Assembly (NCBI GenBank): GCA_051117555.1 | Contig: JBNPEG010000013.1 | Coordinates: 22,454 to 86,453, forward strand | Direction: 5' to 3' | Source of the DNA: Elainellaceae cyanobacterium | GTDB lineage: Bacteria > Cyanobacteriota > Cyanobacteriia > CAZCXK01 | Length of the DNA stretch: 64,000 nucleotides | Shown: positions 10,021-20,733 of the stretch, piece after piece | Layout of the letters: each line of letters starts with the position of its first letter | How positions within the stretch are numbered: the stretch's first letter is position 1 | Position numbers and translations under genes: made by a program | The notes under the pieces: model-generated | What the model was told of the DNA's origin: nothing | Databases searched by the model: none | Seen by the model: the letters and a program-made list of their open reading frames with translations, nothing else

Positions 10021-10748
10021 GATAACGATAGTTAATTAATGTTTCTTAACTTTATAGTATGACAAAGCGGATAGAGCAATTTGCCTACCAAGCACAGACA
10101 GCCTAAATTTGTGCAAACGTCTTGCCAACGCTGGGAAAGCGATATTAACTGGCAAACTGCTACGACTTAGGATGCGGCTTTCGCTGGGATAAACAGTTTA
10201 ACCAATCCAACGCGTGAGGGCCTTCAGCAAACCCTGTTGTCTCCAGATTCCTCATTCTCAGGGGCGACTGGGCTAGTGAAATCTCTGCCTTTGGGCGATC
10301 GCCATCAAGCCATCCACCTTGTTATCGTTGAGCCTAGACATTGACCGAGCTTTGGGTATGATTTTGGTTTAGTCGAATAATTAATAGTCGAGTAATTGAC
10401 GATAGATTAATAGATTGAAATATATAGATTTAGTAGATGCCCCTGATCTGCTGCCGCGATAATTTAGATTGGATGGCTCTGAGCCAGAGCTAATAGAATC
10501 AATGCATAGAGCGATCGCCAATAGCTGAGAAATGCACAACCCTGATTGAGCACTGGTGAATGAAATACGCTAGCGTTATTCTCAAATTCAGTATTTTTTG
10601 TAGCCGATCGCCATTCAAGACTTACTGAGATTTGCTGAATACCTAATGAAGATCTTGCACAGGGGAGACTGCGAACAAACTATTAAATAAAGGGCAACAC
10701 CGAATAAAACTACCAAAACCACTCCATATTGGATTCAGCGAGAAACTG

Positions 10749-10952
10749 CTAAGGGCTAGGGACAAGGCGAATTCGCCCTGCATCCATTTCTGACATCAGC
10801 AGTTCTAGTGCTTCATAGTCAACTTCAGAGATATAGCCAAGTCGGGTCAGCTCATAGTTGATTTCATTTTCAATATCAGGCGTGAGCTGCCTGATATGAA
10901 GAGCTTGTTCCACGAGCCGACGAATTACGCAGGTTGTTCTCATTGCAAACAC
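10749..10952 (-). CDS. Small hypothetical protein (67 aa) inside a 1.5-kb gene-poor gap
   Basis: The ORF exists and has no overlapping alternative. No recognisable family; coding status uncertain. Confidence 0.3.
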   Translation of the reverse strand: MFAMRTTCVIRRLVEQALHIRQLTPDIENEINYELTRLGYISEVDYEALELLMSEMDAGRIRLVPSP

Positions 10953-11561
10953 CGCCGTTGTTTTAACTAAGGGCGCAAGTAGCTATTCAAATTCTCGGCT
11001 GGATATTTCGTAGAAGAAGTGATCGAAGCTTGCGTAGTGAGTGATTCTAATCACAATCCCTGGATGTGGATAATTCGGAGATGGCGATTCTACTAACGTT
11101 CACTTCTTTCTACACTAGGTAAACGTAAGCTTTTCTCAACGATCTGGAGCCGAGATTTTTGATTGTCTCGTAATAGAGGCTGGTCTTCATTTACACATAA
11201 TCTTCATAAATGCCTCCTAGTATAAAGCGCTCATGAAGCTGATGACCGTCGATGCAGATGAAAGGTTTCATCTTGCTGTAGCGACTTATGAATTGCATCG
11301 GACTCGTCCATAATTCGTGTACTTGTATCTCAAAACCTCAAAGATTGTTAAAAATTTCAAAAAAATTTTAGTTCTAGCGGAAGTTTTGGGTGGATTGGTA
11401 TTTTCGAATACCTTATGTTTTTACAATTTACGGAAAACTTTATGTATCGTGCTTAATAAATGAAGATCCGGCAAAGCTGAAATTAATTTCGTTGGTTGCT
11501 GGAGAGCGTGCGGTTATCGTCTAAAAATTCAAGACTGATCCGCTGTTGTCGCTAGTTCTAT

Positions 11562-11909
11562 ATGGGATCGAAGATTATGCAAAACGTTCTTGCCCACTCT
11601 CAAACGGCTGTGTTTCAACCAGCTGGGCACATTAACGCATCTAATGCAGACACGTTAGAGAATCAGCTTGTGACGGCAATTTCGTCTGGTGAGTACTCAA
11701 CCGTGGTTGCGGATATGAGCCACGTTGAATCCTTAGATAGTGCTGGCTTGATGGCTCTAGTTTCAGCATTGAATCTTGCTCAGCGATCAGGGCAAGAGTT
11801 TTTCCTCTGCTGCGTTCCTCCTTCGATTCGCATTATCTTTGAGTTGACGCAGCTCAATCAAGCATTCGAAGTTTTAGATGAGCCCCCAGCATTAGCTATT
11901 GCTGCATAG
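11562..11909 (+). CDS. STAS-domain anti-sigma-factor antagonist (SpoIIAA-like)
   Basis: 115 aa. SVESLDSAGLMALV block with phosphorylatable Ser in the STAS consensus. Family size is right. Confidence 0.8.
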   Translation: MGSKIMQNVLAHSQTAVFQPAGHINASNADTLENQLVTAISSGEYSTVVADMSHVESLDSAGLMALVSALNLAQRSGQEFFLCCVPPSIRIIFELTQLNQAFEVLDEPPALAIAA

Positions 11910-12033
11910 TTGCAATAACGAAGACTCGCTTTCAGCAGATTTCTGAGTGGATGAATAAGCTTGACATCCTTGCCGAGTAGTGGATTTTGTTTCTCCAAAT
12001 GAGTGAGTTAGGACTGATTCTAATTCATAGTTA

Positions 12034-12059
12034 CTCCGCCCTAGGGTGGAGTTTTTTTT
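12034..12059 (+). terminator. Rho-independent terminator after the STAS gene
   Basis: ctccgccc-tag-gggtggag stem (7-8 bp, one G·U) followed by a T9 run. Confidence 0.6.
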
Positions 12060-12145
12060 AGCCGATTCGCTTCAAGCTGAGTAAGCACTCGTCCCGCTAT
12101 AGTGGACTCAACGACGTTGAATGATTAAAGCTGGCGATATACACC

Positions 12146-14848
12146 GTGGCAGTTGCAGTCGAAACTCTCTTAAACACCGACATTTCCCGACCTGCTCGTT
12201 ATCTGGGTAACGAGCTTGGGGCAATTCATAAGCCGTGGGATTCTGCTTCAATTCGTTGGGTGCTGACGTATCCTGAAGTCTATGAGGTAGGGGCTTCAAA
12301 CTTAGGACACATCATTCTCTATAGTGTCTTAAATGCACAGCCAAGACAGTCGTGCGATCGCACCTATCTTCCTGCCCCCGACCTAAGCAGCAAGCTTCGG
12401 GAAACCCAAACGCCTTTATTTGCCGTTGAGTCTAAGCGACCGCTGAGCGATTTTGACGTTTTAGGATTTAGCCTGAGCTACGAATTGGGTGCCACCAATA
12501 TTCTGGAGATGCTTAGCTTGGCTGGTATTCCGCTGACCTGGAGAGAAAGAGGCGCGTTAGGGGCTTGGCATGTCGGACACGGTAGCTTTCCCCTGATCTT
12601 TGCTGGAGGACAAACCGCAACCTCAAACCCAGAGCCATATGCAGAATTTTTTGACTTCATTGCTCTCGGAGACGGTGAGGAGCTGCTTCCTGAAATTGGG
12701 CTAGTTCTTGAAGAGGCAAAAGCCGCGGGATTAAGTCGTGAGGATACTTTGCTCGACCTAGCCCAGGTTCCAGGAGTCTACGTTCCTCGGTTTTATGACA
12801 TGACAAACGAGGGCGCTGTGCGGCCTAATCGTCCAGATGTGCCTGAGCGCATTTTGCGGCGGGTCGCAAGCCCAATGCCCGCCTATTCTATTGGGCCTGT
12901 TCCCTATATCGAAACGGTTCACGATCGCCTCACAATCGAGGTACGCCGAGGCTGCACACGAGGGTGCCGATTCTGCCAACCGGGGATGTTGACTCGCCCC
13001 GCCCGCGACGTGGCGCCTGATGAGGTCGTCGATACGATCGAACAGGGAATGCGAGCTACGGGATACAACGAATTTTCCTTACTTTCGCTGAGCTGCTCAG
13101 ACTATCTTTCCTTGCCTGCTGTTGGGTTAGAGATAAAAAATCGCCTCCAAGACGAAAACGTTTCGCTGTCTCTGCCGAGTCAACGGATCGATCGCTTTGA
13201 TGAAAATATTGCCAACATTATTGGCGGAACTCGTCAGAGCAGCTTAACGTTTGCGCCAGAGGCAGGCACTCAACGCATGCGCGATATCGTCAATAAGGGT
13301 CTCACCAATGAAGACCTGTTGCGAGGGGTTAAAACTGCCTACGAACAAGGCTGGAGCCGAGTTAAGCTCTACTTTATGATTGGGCTACCTGGCGAGACTG
13401 ACGCTGATGTTGTCGGTATCGCCGAAACGATGCGCTGGCTTCAGCGGGAATGTCGGCAGAAAGGACGGAAACCTCTCAGTTTTAATATCACCATTTCAAA
13501 TTTTACGCCCAAGCCTCACACGCCTTTTCAATGGCATTCTGTTTCGACACTAGAATTTGAGCGGAAGCAACAGCTTCTCAAGGACGAATTTCGCGGAATT
13601 CGTGGCTTAAAAGCGAATTTCACTGATTTGCGTATATCGGCGATGGAGGATTTTGTAGGCCGGGGCGATCGCCGACTGTCAGCGGTCATCCGTCGCGCTT
13701 GGGAACTCGGTGCCGGGATGGATTCATGGTGGGAAAGTCAGGATCGAGCGTTTGCTGCATGGACCCAGGCGATCGCTGAATCAGAGCTTACCTGGAAATA
13801 TCGCCAGATTGAAAACGGCGAATGGAATCTCTTTCAGACCGACAGCCCTCAACCTATCGCTCACCGTCCCCTCCCGTGGGATCACATCGACACTGGCATT
13901 GACAAAGAATGGCTCAAAGCCGATTTGGATCGGGCTCTAGAAGCAGCCACTGTTCCAGATTGTGCGTTTGAGGGATGTTCTCATTGTGGTGTATGTGGAA
14001 CAGATTTCGGACACAACGTTGTCGCGCCACCCCCTGCTATTCCTAATTTCAAAGGGCACTTTACACCCAATCAAGCAAGGGTTCAGCGATTACGAGTCTG
14101 GTTAGGAAAGCAGGATGAAATGGCACTGGTCAGCCATCTCGATCTTGTCCGGTTATTTGACCGGGCGGTTCGTCGAGCTGCCCTGCCGATTTCATTTACA
14201 GGTGGATTTCATCCGGGGCCTCGCATTTCTCCGGCTAACGCGTTGCCTCTGGGCGCGACAAGTTCAGGCGAGATTGTCGACTTTGAACTCACTCATCGGC
14301 TCGATCAGACTGAATTCCGTGAAAAATTATCAGCCCAACTTCCAGACACTATTCCAATTTATCGAATCGAGGAAGTTGAGGTGTCTTCCCCGTCCGCGAC
14401 CAAGCTGCTCGAACGCGCCGAATATCTGATTACGATTTATGCCCCAGCTAACGCCCCGGCTGTTGATTCAGACTCCTCTGTTGTTTCGATTGAAGATTGG
14501 CATGCTTGGGTCGATGCCGTAATGCAGGCTGAGGTGATCGAGTATGATCACACTACAAAATCAGGCAAAACCCGTACGGTCAATTTGCGCGATCGCCTCT
14601 TTGATCTTGAAATTATCTCTAATGTCAATAGCAGCTCCGAATCAGCCCAGACCCAGGCTTCAGCAAGTCAAGTAACACTCCGCTACGTTGGCAGTTGCCG
14701 CAATGACGGCACGTTACTCCGACCCAATCAAGTCGTGTACATGCTAGAGCAGTTAGCTCAGCACGAGTTGCAACTTGTAAGAATCCATCGAAATCGCTTG
14801 TTTTTAGCCCATGAGGTCAATTCTCAGACCCTTTTTAAGGTAATTTAA
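12146..14848 (+). CDS. B12-binding-domain radical SAM protein (TIGR03960-type) fused to radical-SAM-associated TIGR03936/DUF2344 domain
   Basis: 900 aa with GTG start. CxxxCxxC radical SAM motif RGCTRGCRFCQ. Domain order and length match the cyanobacterial fused form, which is commonly found next to rne. Confidence 0.8.
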   Translation: MAVAVETLLNTDISRPARYLGNELGAIHKPWDSASIRWVLTYPEVYEVGASNLGHIILYSVLNAQPRQSCDRTYLPAPDLSSKLRETQTPLFAVESKRPLSDFDVLGFSLSYELGATNILEMLSLAGIPLTWRERGALGAWHVGHGSFPLIFAGGQTATSNPEPYAEFFDFIALGDGEELLPEIGLVLEEAKAAGLSREDTLLDLAQVPGVYVPRFYDMTNEGAVRPNRPDVPERILRRVASPMPAYSIGPVPYIETVHDRLTIEVRRGCTRGCRFCQPGMLTRPARDVAPDEVVDTIEQGMRATGYNEFSLLSLSCSDYLSLPAVGLEIKNRLQDENVSLSLPSQRIDRFDENIANIIGGTRQSSLTFAPEAGTQRMRDIVNKGLTNEDLLRGVKTAYEQGWSRVKLYFMIGLPGETDADVVGIAETMRWLQRECRQKGRKPLSFNITISNFTPKPHTPFQWHSVSTLEFERKQQLLKDEFRGIRGLKANFTDLRISAMEDFVGRGDRRLSAVIRRAWELGAGMDSWWESQDRAFAAWTQAIAESELTWKYRQIENGEWNLFQTDSPQPIAHRPLPWDHIDTGIDKEWLKADLDRALEAATVPDCAFEGCSHCGVCGTDFGHNVVAPPPAIPNFKGHFTPNQARVQRLRVWLGKQDEMALVSHLDLVRLFDRAVRRAALPISFTGGFHPGPRISPANALPLGATSSGEIVDFELTHRLDQTEFREKLSAQLPDTIPIYRIEEVEVSSPSATKLLERAEYLITIYAPANAPAVDSDSSVVSIEDWHAWVDAVMQAEVIEYDHTTKSGKTRTVNLRDRLFDLEIISNVNSSSESAQTQASASQVTLRYVGSCRNDGTLLRPNQVVYMLEQLAQHELQLVRIHRNRLFLAHEVNSQTLFKVI

Positions 14849-15314
14849 AGGGGGCATTTTCCTTGAATGTGCCAAACTTAAGGAAATTTCACCTCGATAA
14901 ATTTCTGATTCCTACTGGCGGTATGGGCTCTCCGCGCTATAATGCTTTTCATAGAGAAGCTTCTGTCTATCGAGAGTCATGAGGATTGGTGATTGCTCGA
15001 TGGCAATGATTACTAATTAGGTGAAGCTTGCTTCTGTAGGGTTTTTCCAATGAGTCTGGCTAGGTTTATGCTTGACTTTTCAAGGGCAAGTGTTCTAGCT
15101 AGAAAGTAACGATAAATAACGATCGATAAGCATTACATCTGCATGTCATTAGTCTGAATGGATGATGTTTCAGTTCATAGATCCCAGGATAGGAGTAGCT
15201 TCGTTGCCTCCACAGTGGGTCAAGGATTTTCACCAATGTAGTCTTGCAGGTCAGCCAAGCGGGCAGGATGGAATGGTTCCCGCCCCTGACACTGTCAATA
15301 TTTGAGGAAGTTGA
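14849..15314 (+). promoter_or_regulatory. Long (~465 nt) non-coding leader / 5' UTR region upstream of rne
   Basis: No credible ORF. Contains a TATAAT hexamer at about 14937. Cyanobacterial rne is known to carry a long autoregulatory 5' UTR. Confidence 0.4.
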
Positions 15315-17411
15315 ATGCCCAAACAAATTATTATCGCCGAGCAGCATCGCATCGCCGCTGTCTTTTCGGAAGACCAGATCCAAGAACTGATTGTTGCGAC
15401 AGGCAGTCATCAGGTCGGTGACATTTATTTAGGAATTGTTGAAAACGTCTTACCCGGTATTGACGCCGCATTTGTCAATATCGGCGACACCGAGCGCAAT
15501 GGATTTATCCATGTTTCTGACCTGGGCCCATTGCGACTCAAGCGTTCAGCAGGTTCAATCACTGAGTTGCTAGCACCTCAACAGAAAGTGCTGGTGCAAA
15601 TCATGAAGGAACCCACTGGCAATAAGGGGCCTCGATTGACCGGCAATATAACGCTACCAGGGCGGTATTTGGTGCTGATGCCCTTCGGTCGGGGGGTCAA
15701 TCTTTCGAGGCGAATTCGCAATGAGAATGAGCGAAACCGTTTGCGGGCTTTAGCAATTCTCGTCAAGCCTGCTGGGATGGGGCTGCTTGTCCGTACTGAA
15801 GCAGAAGGAATAGCGGAAGAAGCCATCATCGAGGATTTAGAAGCTCTCCAGCGACAGTGGGAAAATATTCAACAGGAAGCCGTTACATCCCGTCCTCCCA
15901 AGTTGCTTAATCGGGATGATGACTTTATCCAGCGCGTTCTCCGTGACGTATACAGTGCGGATGTAAACCGAATCGTTGTTGACTCGCACACGGGCCTAAA
16001 ACGAGTCAAGCAGCATTTAATGTCTTGGAGTGGTGGAAAATCTCCTCAGGGAGTTCTCATTGACCACCATCGCGATCGCATCTCTATTTTGGAATACTTC
16101 CGGGTCAATGCAGCAATTCGAGAAGCACTTAAGCCCAGAGTTGATTTGCCGTCAGGGGGCTATATCATCATTGAAACGACCGAAGCCCTGACCGTCATCG
16201 ATGTCAACTCCGGATCATTTACCCGATCGAATACGTCTCGCGAAACCGTTCTGTGGACGAACTGTGAAGCGGCATCAGAAATTGCCCGACAACTGCGCCT
16301 CCGCAACGTAGCAGGTGTTATCGTTGTTGACTTCATCGATATGGACTCTCGGCGTGACCAGCTCCAAGTTCTTGAGCAGTTTACCCGAGAACTCAAAGCA
16401 GACAAAGCCCGCCCTCAAGTCGCTCAGCTATCTGAGCTAGGGTTAGTTGAGTTAACCCGTAAGCGTCAAGGACAAAATATTTACGAGTTGTTTGGACGAC
16501 CCTGTGCAACATGTGGCGGTTTGGGTCATCTAGTCCACTTGCCTGGTGATACCGAAACCGTGGTTCATGAGATTGTTGAACCACCGCGCACATACCCTGT
16601 TGTCGAATCTCGTAATCCGCAGCTTCGAGAGGTGCCTGATGCACAGGGAGAAGATTTTGAGCTAGAAACGTCGTCTGATTTGCAAGAGCTGGATTTGGTT
16701 AATCATCCGAGCTATCAAGAGCGGGGAGGCAATAATCGACGACGGCGGCGGCGGCGAGGAGATTTGCCCTCTCCACGATCTGGAAATGCTCGAGTTGCCG
16801 TTAATCTCGACGCAGACGAATCACCCGATGGATCAGACGATCGAACACCTGCACCACCGACGATAAAAGAGGGTCGCCCTGACCGCAGTGAACGGGGAGA
16901 CCGCGGCGATCGCCCTGACCGCAGTGAACGAGGCGACCGCAGCGATCGCAGTAAGTCGTCAAGTCGACGAGACAAAACTCCTGAGCCGCCTGAAGTGATT
17001 GCTATTGAGATGACCCAACAAGAGCAAGATGTTTATGCATTGATGGGTATTTCGCCTCTCGTTTTAGCAACCGAACCTGTGAAAGATTCAAAAAGCGTCA
17101 TTGTGAATGTGGTTTTGCCAGGACAGGTCAGTCGGTCTAATGGCAGCGGTGAATCAGATGAGCAACCATCCTTTGTCTTTGACCAGTCCGATTCCGCTGC
17201 GTCCTCTGAGTCAGATCAGTCCCCTCCGTCCTCAGAGTCTCAAACGAGCTTGACAGACGAATCAAATTCAGATCAGGACGAGGAGACATTTGATCAAACC
17301 GACCTGATTGGCGCTGAGTCTGTCAATGGTAATGGTGAGAGTGGAGCATCGGAGAATGGCACATCCACTCGCCGTCGCCGTCGCCGTCGTTCCTCAGCGG
17401 CTGATGCTTGA
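15315..17411 (+). CDS. rne: Ribonuclease E (cyanobacterial type) with Arg-rich C-terminal tail
   Basis: 698 aa. S1 and catalytic-domain N-terminus (GDIYLGIVENVLPGIDAAFVNIG). Zn-link CATCGG motif. Internal RRRRRRRG, a repeated RPDRSERGDR unit, and C-terminal RRRRRRRSS nonapeptide. Confidence 0.9.
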   Translation: MPKQIIIAEQHRIAAVFSEDQIQELIVATGSHQVGDIYLGIVENVLPGIDAAFVNIGDTERNGFIHVSDLGPLRLKRSAGSITELLAPQQKVLVQIMKEPTGNKGPRLTGNITLPGRYLVLMPFGRGVNLSRRIRNENERNRLRALAILVKPAGMGLLVRTEAEGIAEEAIIEDLEALQRQWENIQQEAVTSRPPKLLNRDDDFIQRVLRDVYSADVNRIVVDSHTGLKRVKQHLMSWSGGKSPQGVLIDHHRDRISILEYFRVNAAIREALKPRVDLPSGGYIIIETTEALTVIDVNSGSFTRSNTSRETVLWTNCEAASEIARQLRLRNVAGVIVVDFIDMDSRRDQLQVLEQFTRELKADKARPQVAQLSELGLVELTRKRQGQNIYELFGRPCATCGGLGHLVHLPGDTETVVHEIVEPPRTYPVVESRNPQLREVPDAQGEDFELETSSDLQELDLVNHPSYQERGGNNRRRRRRRGDLPSPRSGNARVAVNLDADESPDGSDDRTPAPPTIKEGRPDRSERGDRGDRPDRSERGDRSDRSKSSSRRDKTPEPPEVIAIEMTQQEQDVYALMGISPLVLATEPVKDSKSVIVNVVLPGQVSRSNGSGESDEQPSFVFDQSDSAASSESDQSPPSSESQTSLTDESNSDQDEETFDQTDLIGAESVNGNGESGASENGTSTRRRRRRRSSAADA

Positions 17412-17501
17412 TGGAGCTAAGAGGCCAATAGCTGGTAGCCAAATAGCTGATATCTAATAATTGATGGTTTGCTTGTATTGAGCGCCGATCGCTAAGCAAT
17501 C

Positions 17502-18191
17502 ATGTTTTTTGACTCTAGCCAATCCTTGTTACTCGATCAACTCAGTTTCTTAGACCAACTCAGCTTGCCCGACTCGTCTGACTTCATCGCGGGTGTTGAC
17601 GAGGTTGGTCGGGGGGCACTGTTTGGACCTGTGGTAGCAGCGGCTGTGATCTTGCCTTCGTCAGCTTTTAAGTCTCTTTCAGAGTTGGGAGTAACCGATA
17701 GCAAAAAGCTAACCCATGCTACACGTGAACAATTGACTATCTCGATTCAAGATATTGCAACTGACTGCAAAATTGGGATAGCATCTGTGCGCGAAATTGA
17801 TCGGCTCAATATTTTGTATGCATCCTTGTTAGCAATGAAACGGGCGATCCGACGGTTAAATCCACAGCCACAGGTATGCTTGATTGATGGAAATCAACGA
17901 ATCCCAGATCTATTAATTCATCAGCATACGTTAGTTAAAGGAGATGAGCACTCCATCGCGATCGCAGCTGCTAGTATCATTGCTAAAGTATGGCGCGATC
18001 GCCTCATCATCCGCATGGCGACTAAATACCCTCAATATGACTTAGCCGCTAATAAGGGATATGGAACCCCTAAACACCGTCTCGCCTTAGATGCATTTGG
18101 ACCTTGTCCTTACCACCGACGTTCATTTAAGCCCTGTCAAATTTTGCCGTCTTCACTGTCTGATGGCATCAGCCTGAGCCATCCGATTTAG
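17502..18191 (+). CDS. rnhB: Ribonuclease HII
   Basis: GVDEVGRGALFGPVVAAAVIL and DSKKL motifs. Conserved rne-rnhB adjacency. Confidence 0.9.
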   Translation: MFFDSSQSLLLDQLSFLDQLSLPDSSDFIAGVDEVGRGALFGPVVAAAVILPSSAFKSLSELGVTDSKKLTHATREQLTISIQDIATDCKIGIASVREIDRLNILYASLLAMKRAIRRLNPQPQVCLIDGNQRIPDLLIHQHTLVKGDEHSIAIAAASIIAKVWRDRLIIRMATKYPQYDLAANKGYGTPKHRLALDAFGPCPYHRRSFKPCQILPSSLSDGISLSHPI

Positions 18192-18222
18192 CGGTTAATC
18201 AGAGCTCTAGCCCGCAGGAACC

Positions 18223-18816
18223 TTAGGCTGTCGGGCTGTCTCTCAGGAGTGATGAAGATTCATTTGTAGAATCGCTATCTGCTTCTCCTTGAGCCATTGC
18301 CCATTTTCGATAATCAGACAGTAATTGATGCATTAATCGCTGTTTAATGCTCGTCAAGACACTTCTTAATAAACCATTTCCCGTTGCCTCTAAGAGTGGT
18401 TTCGGCGTGAGTCGAAGCGGTGGCGGTAACTCAACTTGCACAGACAAATCTGCTTGCCCGACCAAATAGGTTTCCCCATCTACGACCCGGGGAGAGAGCT
18501 CTCCAACTAAATCGAGATTAAAGCGCTGGTCAACGTAATCAATCCCTCGAATTTTACAACCCACTGATTCCAGGTGAACCGTGCCATCGGAATCAACCCA
18601 CAACCTCATATCTACGGTGGGCTGAATGCTAAACATCATAAAATTCCTAGAGCGCATCTTGAGGCGAAATACTTCTGCGCTAAGCCGTTCTGTTCGACTT
18701 GGATCAACTAAGGCCCCAATCAATCGATGAGGTTGACGCAAATAGTGTTGAATGGGAACAGGTTGTTCATGAACAGCAATCTTGACAGTTTGGGTAGAAG
18801 CGAATTGAACGGGCAT
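18223..18816 (-). CDS. Conserved hypothetical protein, probably DUF1997 family
   Basis: 197 aa. Assigned from memory of the family only. Acidic C-terminus. Confidence 0.45.
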   Translation of the reverse strand: MPVQFASTQTVKIAVHEQPVPIQHYLRQPHRLIGALVDPSRTERLSAEVFRLKMRSRNFMMFSIQPTVDMRLWVDSDGTVHLESVGCKIRGIDYVDQRFNLDLVGELSPRVVDGETYLVGQADLSVQVELPPPLRLTPKPLLEATGNGLLRSVLTSIKQRLMHQLLSDYRKWAMAQGEADSDSTNESSSLLRDSPTA

Positions 18817-19173
18817 TGAATTACTTACTCAGTGAAATGGCTGCCTCGGCATGAATTACCTTAACTAAATTTTACAATTTTTCCGAGGAATACCCTTGAT
18901 TCTACCGAGAATAGAGGCGCAAATACTCTCGGAAACGGGTATTAATTCATAAATATTGCGGTTTTGTAACTATTAGTGAAAAGCGTCTCATCGTTTTGAT
19001 TTGCTTGAGCCAATCCAGATCATTTGTAAAGTTAATCTTGGGTGGAATTTATCCGAGAGATGCGTATAGCAATATGCGCTTAAGTTGAGCACGGTGATGT
19101 GCCCCCCCGCTGCTGTATTTGACACAATTAGCGACTTGTTACAAATAAACTAATTCTAATCCGTGTAGACTAT

Positions 19174-20046
19174 ATGCCCATTTCTATTGCCTATCTAGGA
19201 CCGGCTGGAACCTACGCAGAGGCGGCTGCGCTAGCCTGTGCAGCATGGTTGACTCAAACTCAGGGAGAAGCTCCGCTGCTTATTCCTTATCCGAGTATCT
19301 TCCAAACTCTTCAGGCGACTGCGTCTCATCAGACTCAGTTGACAGTCGTTCCGGTCGAAAATTCTATCGAGGGAAGTGTCTCAATAACGCTAGACACTCT
19401 TTGGCAACTCGATATCCTCCGAATTCAGCAGGCTATCGTGCTTCCCATCTCTCACGCTTTATTGTCCCATGCTCCTTCAATTGAAGCGATTCAGTCAGTG
19501 CATTCTCATCCTCAAGCTCTTGCTCAATGTCAAGGATGGTTAGAAAAGCATCTGCCCACTGTGAAACTTATCCCGACAAGCTCTACTACTGAAGCATTAC
19601 AACATCTTGATCAAAACATGAGCGCCGGTGCGATCGCCTCTAAACGAGCTGCGCACCTCTATTGTCTGCCAATCTTAGCGCATCCGATCAATGATCACCC
19701 TGACAATTGCACTCGATTCTGGGTTATGGGACTGCAAAATTCCGAAACCGGAAATCATAGTTCGTTGGCGTTCAGTCTTCCTCAGAACGTGCCCGGATCT
19801 CTAGTCAAACTTCTACAGATCTTCGCAGATCGGAATATTAATCTCAGCCGAATTGAATCAAGACCAACCAAGCGATCGCTCGGAGAGTACCTTTTCTTTA
19901 TCGATGTAGAAGCCAGCCTAACCAGTGACGCTGTTCAGTCAGCCCTTCACGAACTTAGAGCACAAACTGAGACGCTTAAAATATTTGGAACCTACGACAT
20001 CATGGAAGCTCAGCCACCTTCCCAGATGATTGATCAATCAAACTAA
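19174..20046 (+). CDS. pheA: Prephenate dehydratase with C-terminal ACT domain
   Basis: 290 aa. IAYLGPAGTYAEAAA N-terminus. TRF(W/L)V and ESRP motifs of PDT. Confidence 0.85.
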   Translation: MPISIAYLGPAGTYAEAAALACAAWLTQTQGEAPLLIPYPSIFQTLQATASHQTQLTVVPVENSIEGSVSITLDTLWQLDILRIQQAIVLPISHALLSHAPSIEAIQSVHSHPQALAQCQGWLEKHLPTVKLIPTSSTTEALQHLDQNMSAGAIASKRAAHLYCLPILAHPINDHPDNCTRFWVMGLQNSETGNHSSLAFSLPQNVPGSLVKLLQIFADRNINLSRIESRPTKRSLGEYLFFIDVEASLTSDAVQSALHELRAQTETLKIFGTYDIMEAQPPSQMIDQSN

Positions 20047-20091
20047 TCAATCTGGCGAACTGATCTAACGGGCTAATCTGTCGATTAGATT

Positions 20092-20733
20092 TTACCGAAA
20101 TGCATCTTTGAGAGCAGTGCGCGCCGCGAGATGATTACGAGTTGAGGTTAAGATTTCAGCCTCTCGCTCAAGCCGAGCAGCCGTATTTTGCATTTCTAAC
20201 AACGATTGCTGTTCTGGAGCGACGCCGTAGAGATTATGAGCAATCCAGTAGGAGAGTTCGACGGGTCGATCAGGAATATCACTGGGCAATTCAATATCCT
20301 GTCCAGTGAGCTTAGCCGATAACCGCACCACATCTTGTAAAAGTTGGCTAACCTCAGTGGCTAAACCTCTCAGATCTCGCTCTGTCGGTTGGTCTTCAAT
20401 CCATTCGACTAGCCCCACGTAATAGGGTTTTTCACGCACATATTCCAATAAGCGAAATCGTTGTTGCCCTACGGTCATCATCTTCATGCGATCGTCTGGC
20501 AAACGATTGTATTGAACAATTTCTGCACAGCAACCCACGGTAGCGATTTTTCCGTCAGCCGGATCAAGCATCAAAACTCCAAAGCGGCGATCGGCTTTGA
20601 GAATTGTATTCATCATGATTCGGTAACGGAACTCAAAGATATGAAGGGGAAGCGGTCTGCCTGGAAACAGAACGACTTCTGGAAGTGGAAATAGGGGAAG
20701 TTCTCGGACAGCAATCGATGAAGGAGAAGCCAT
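20092..20733 (-). CDS. Lon N-terminal (LON substrate-binding) domain protein
   Basis: LPLFPLPEVVLFPGRPLPLHIFEFRYR matches the Lon N-domain. ORF extends to 20829, but MASPSS at 20733 is the more plausible start. Confidence 0.75.
   Translation of the reverse strand: MASPSSIAVRELPLFPLPEVVLFPGRPLPLHIFEFRYRIMMNTILKADRRFGVLMLDPADGKIATVGCCAEIVQYNRLPDDRMKMMTVGQQRFRLLEYVREKPYYVGLVEWIEDQPTERDLRGLATEVSQLLQDVVRLSAKLTGQDIELPSDIPDRPVELSYWIAHNLYGVAPEQQSLLEMQNTAARLEREAEILTSTRNHLAARTALKDAFR

Noticed and set aside
12108-12299. 63-aa minus-strand ORF overlapping the start of the radical SAM gene
   Set aside because: It overlaps a well-supported 900-aa gene and the terminator or promoter region.
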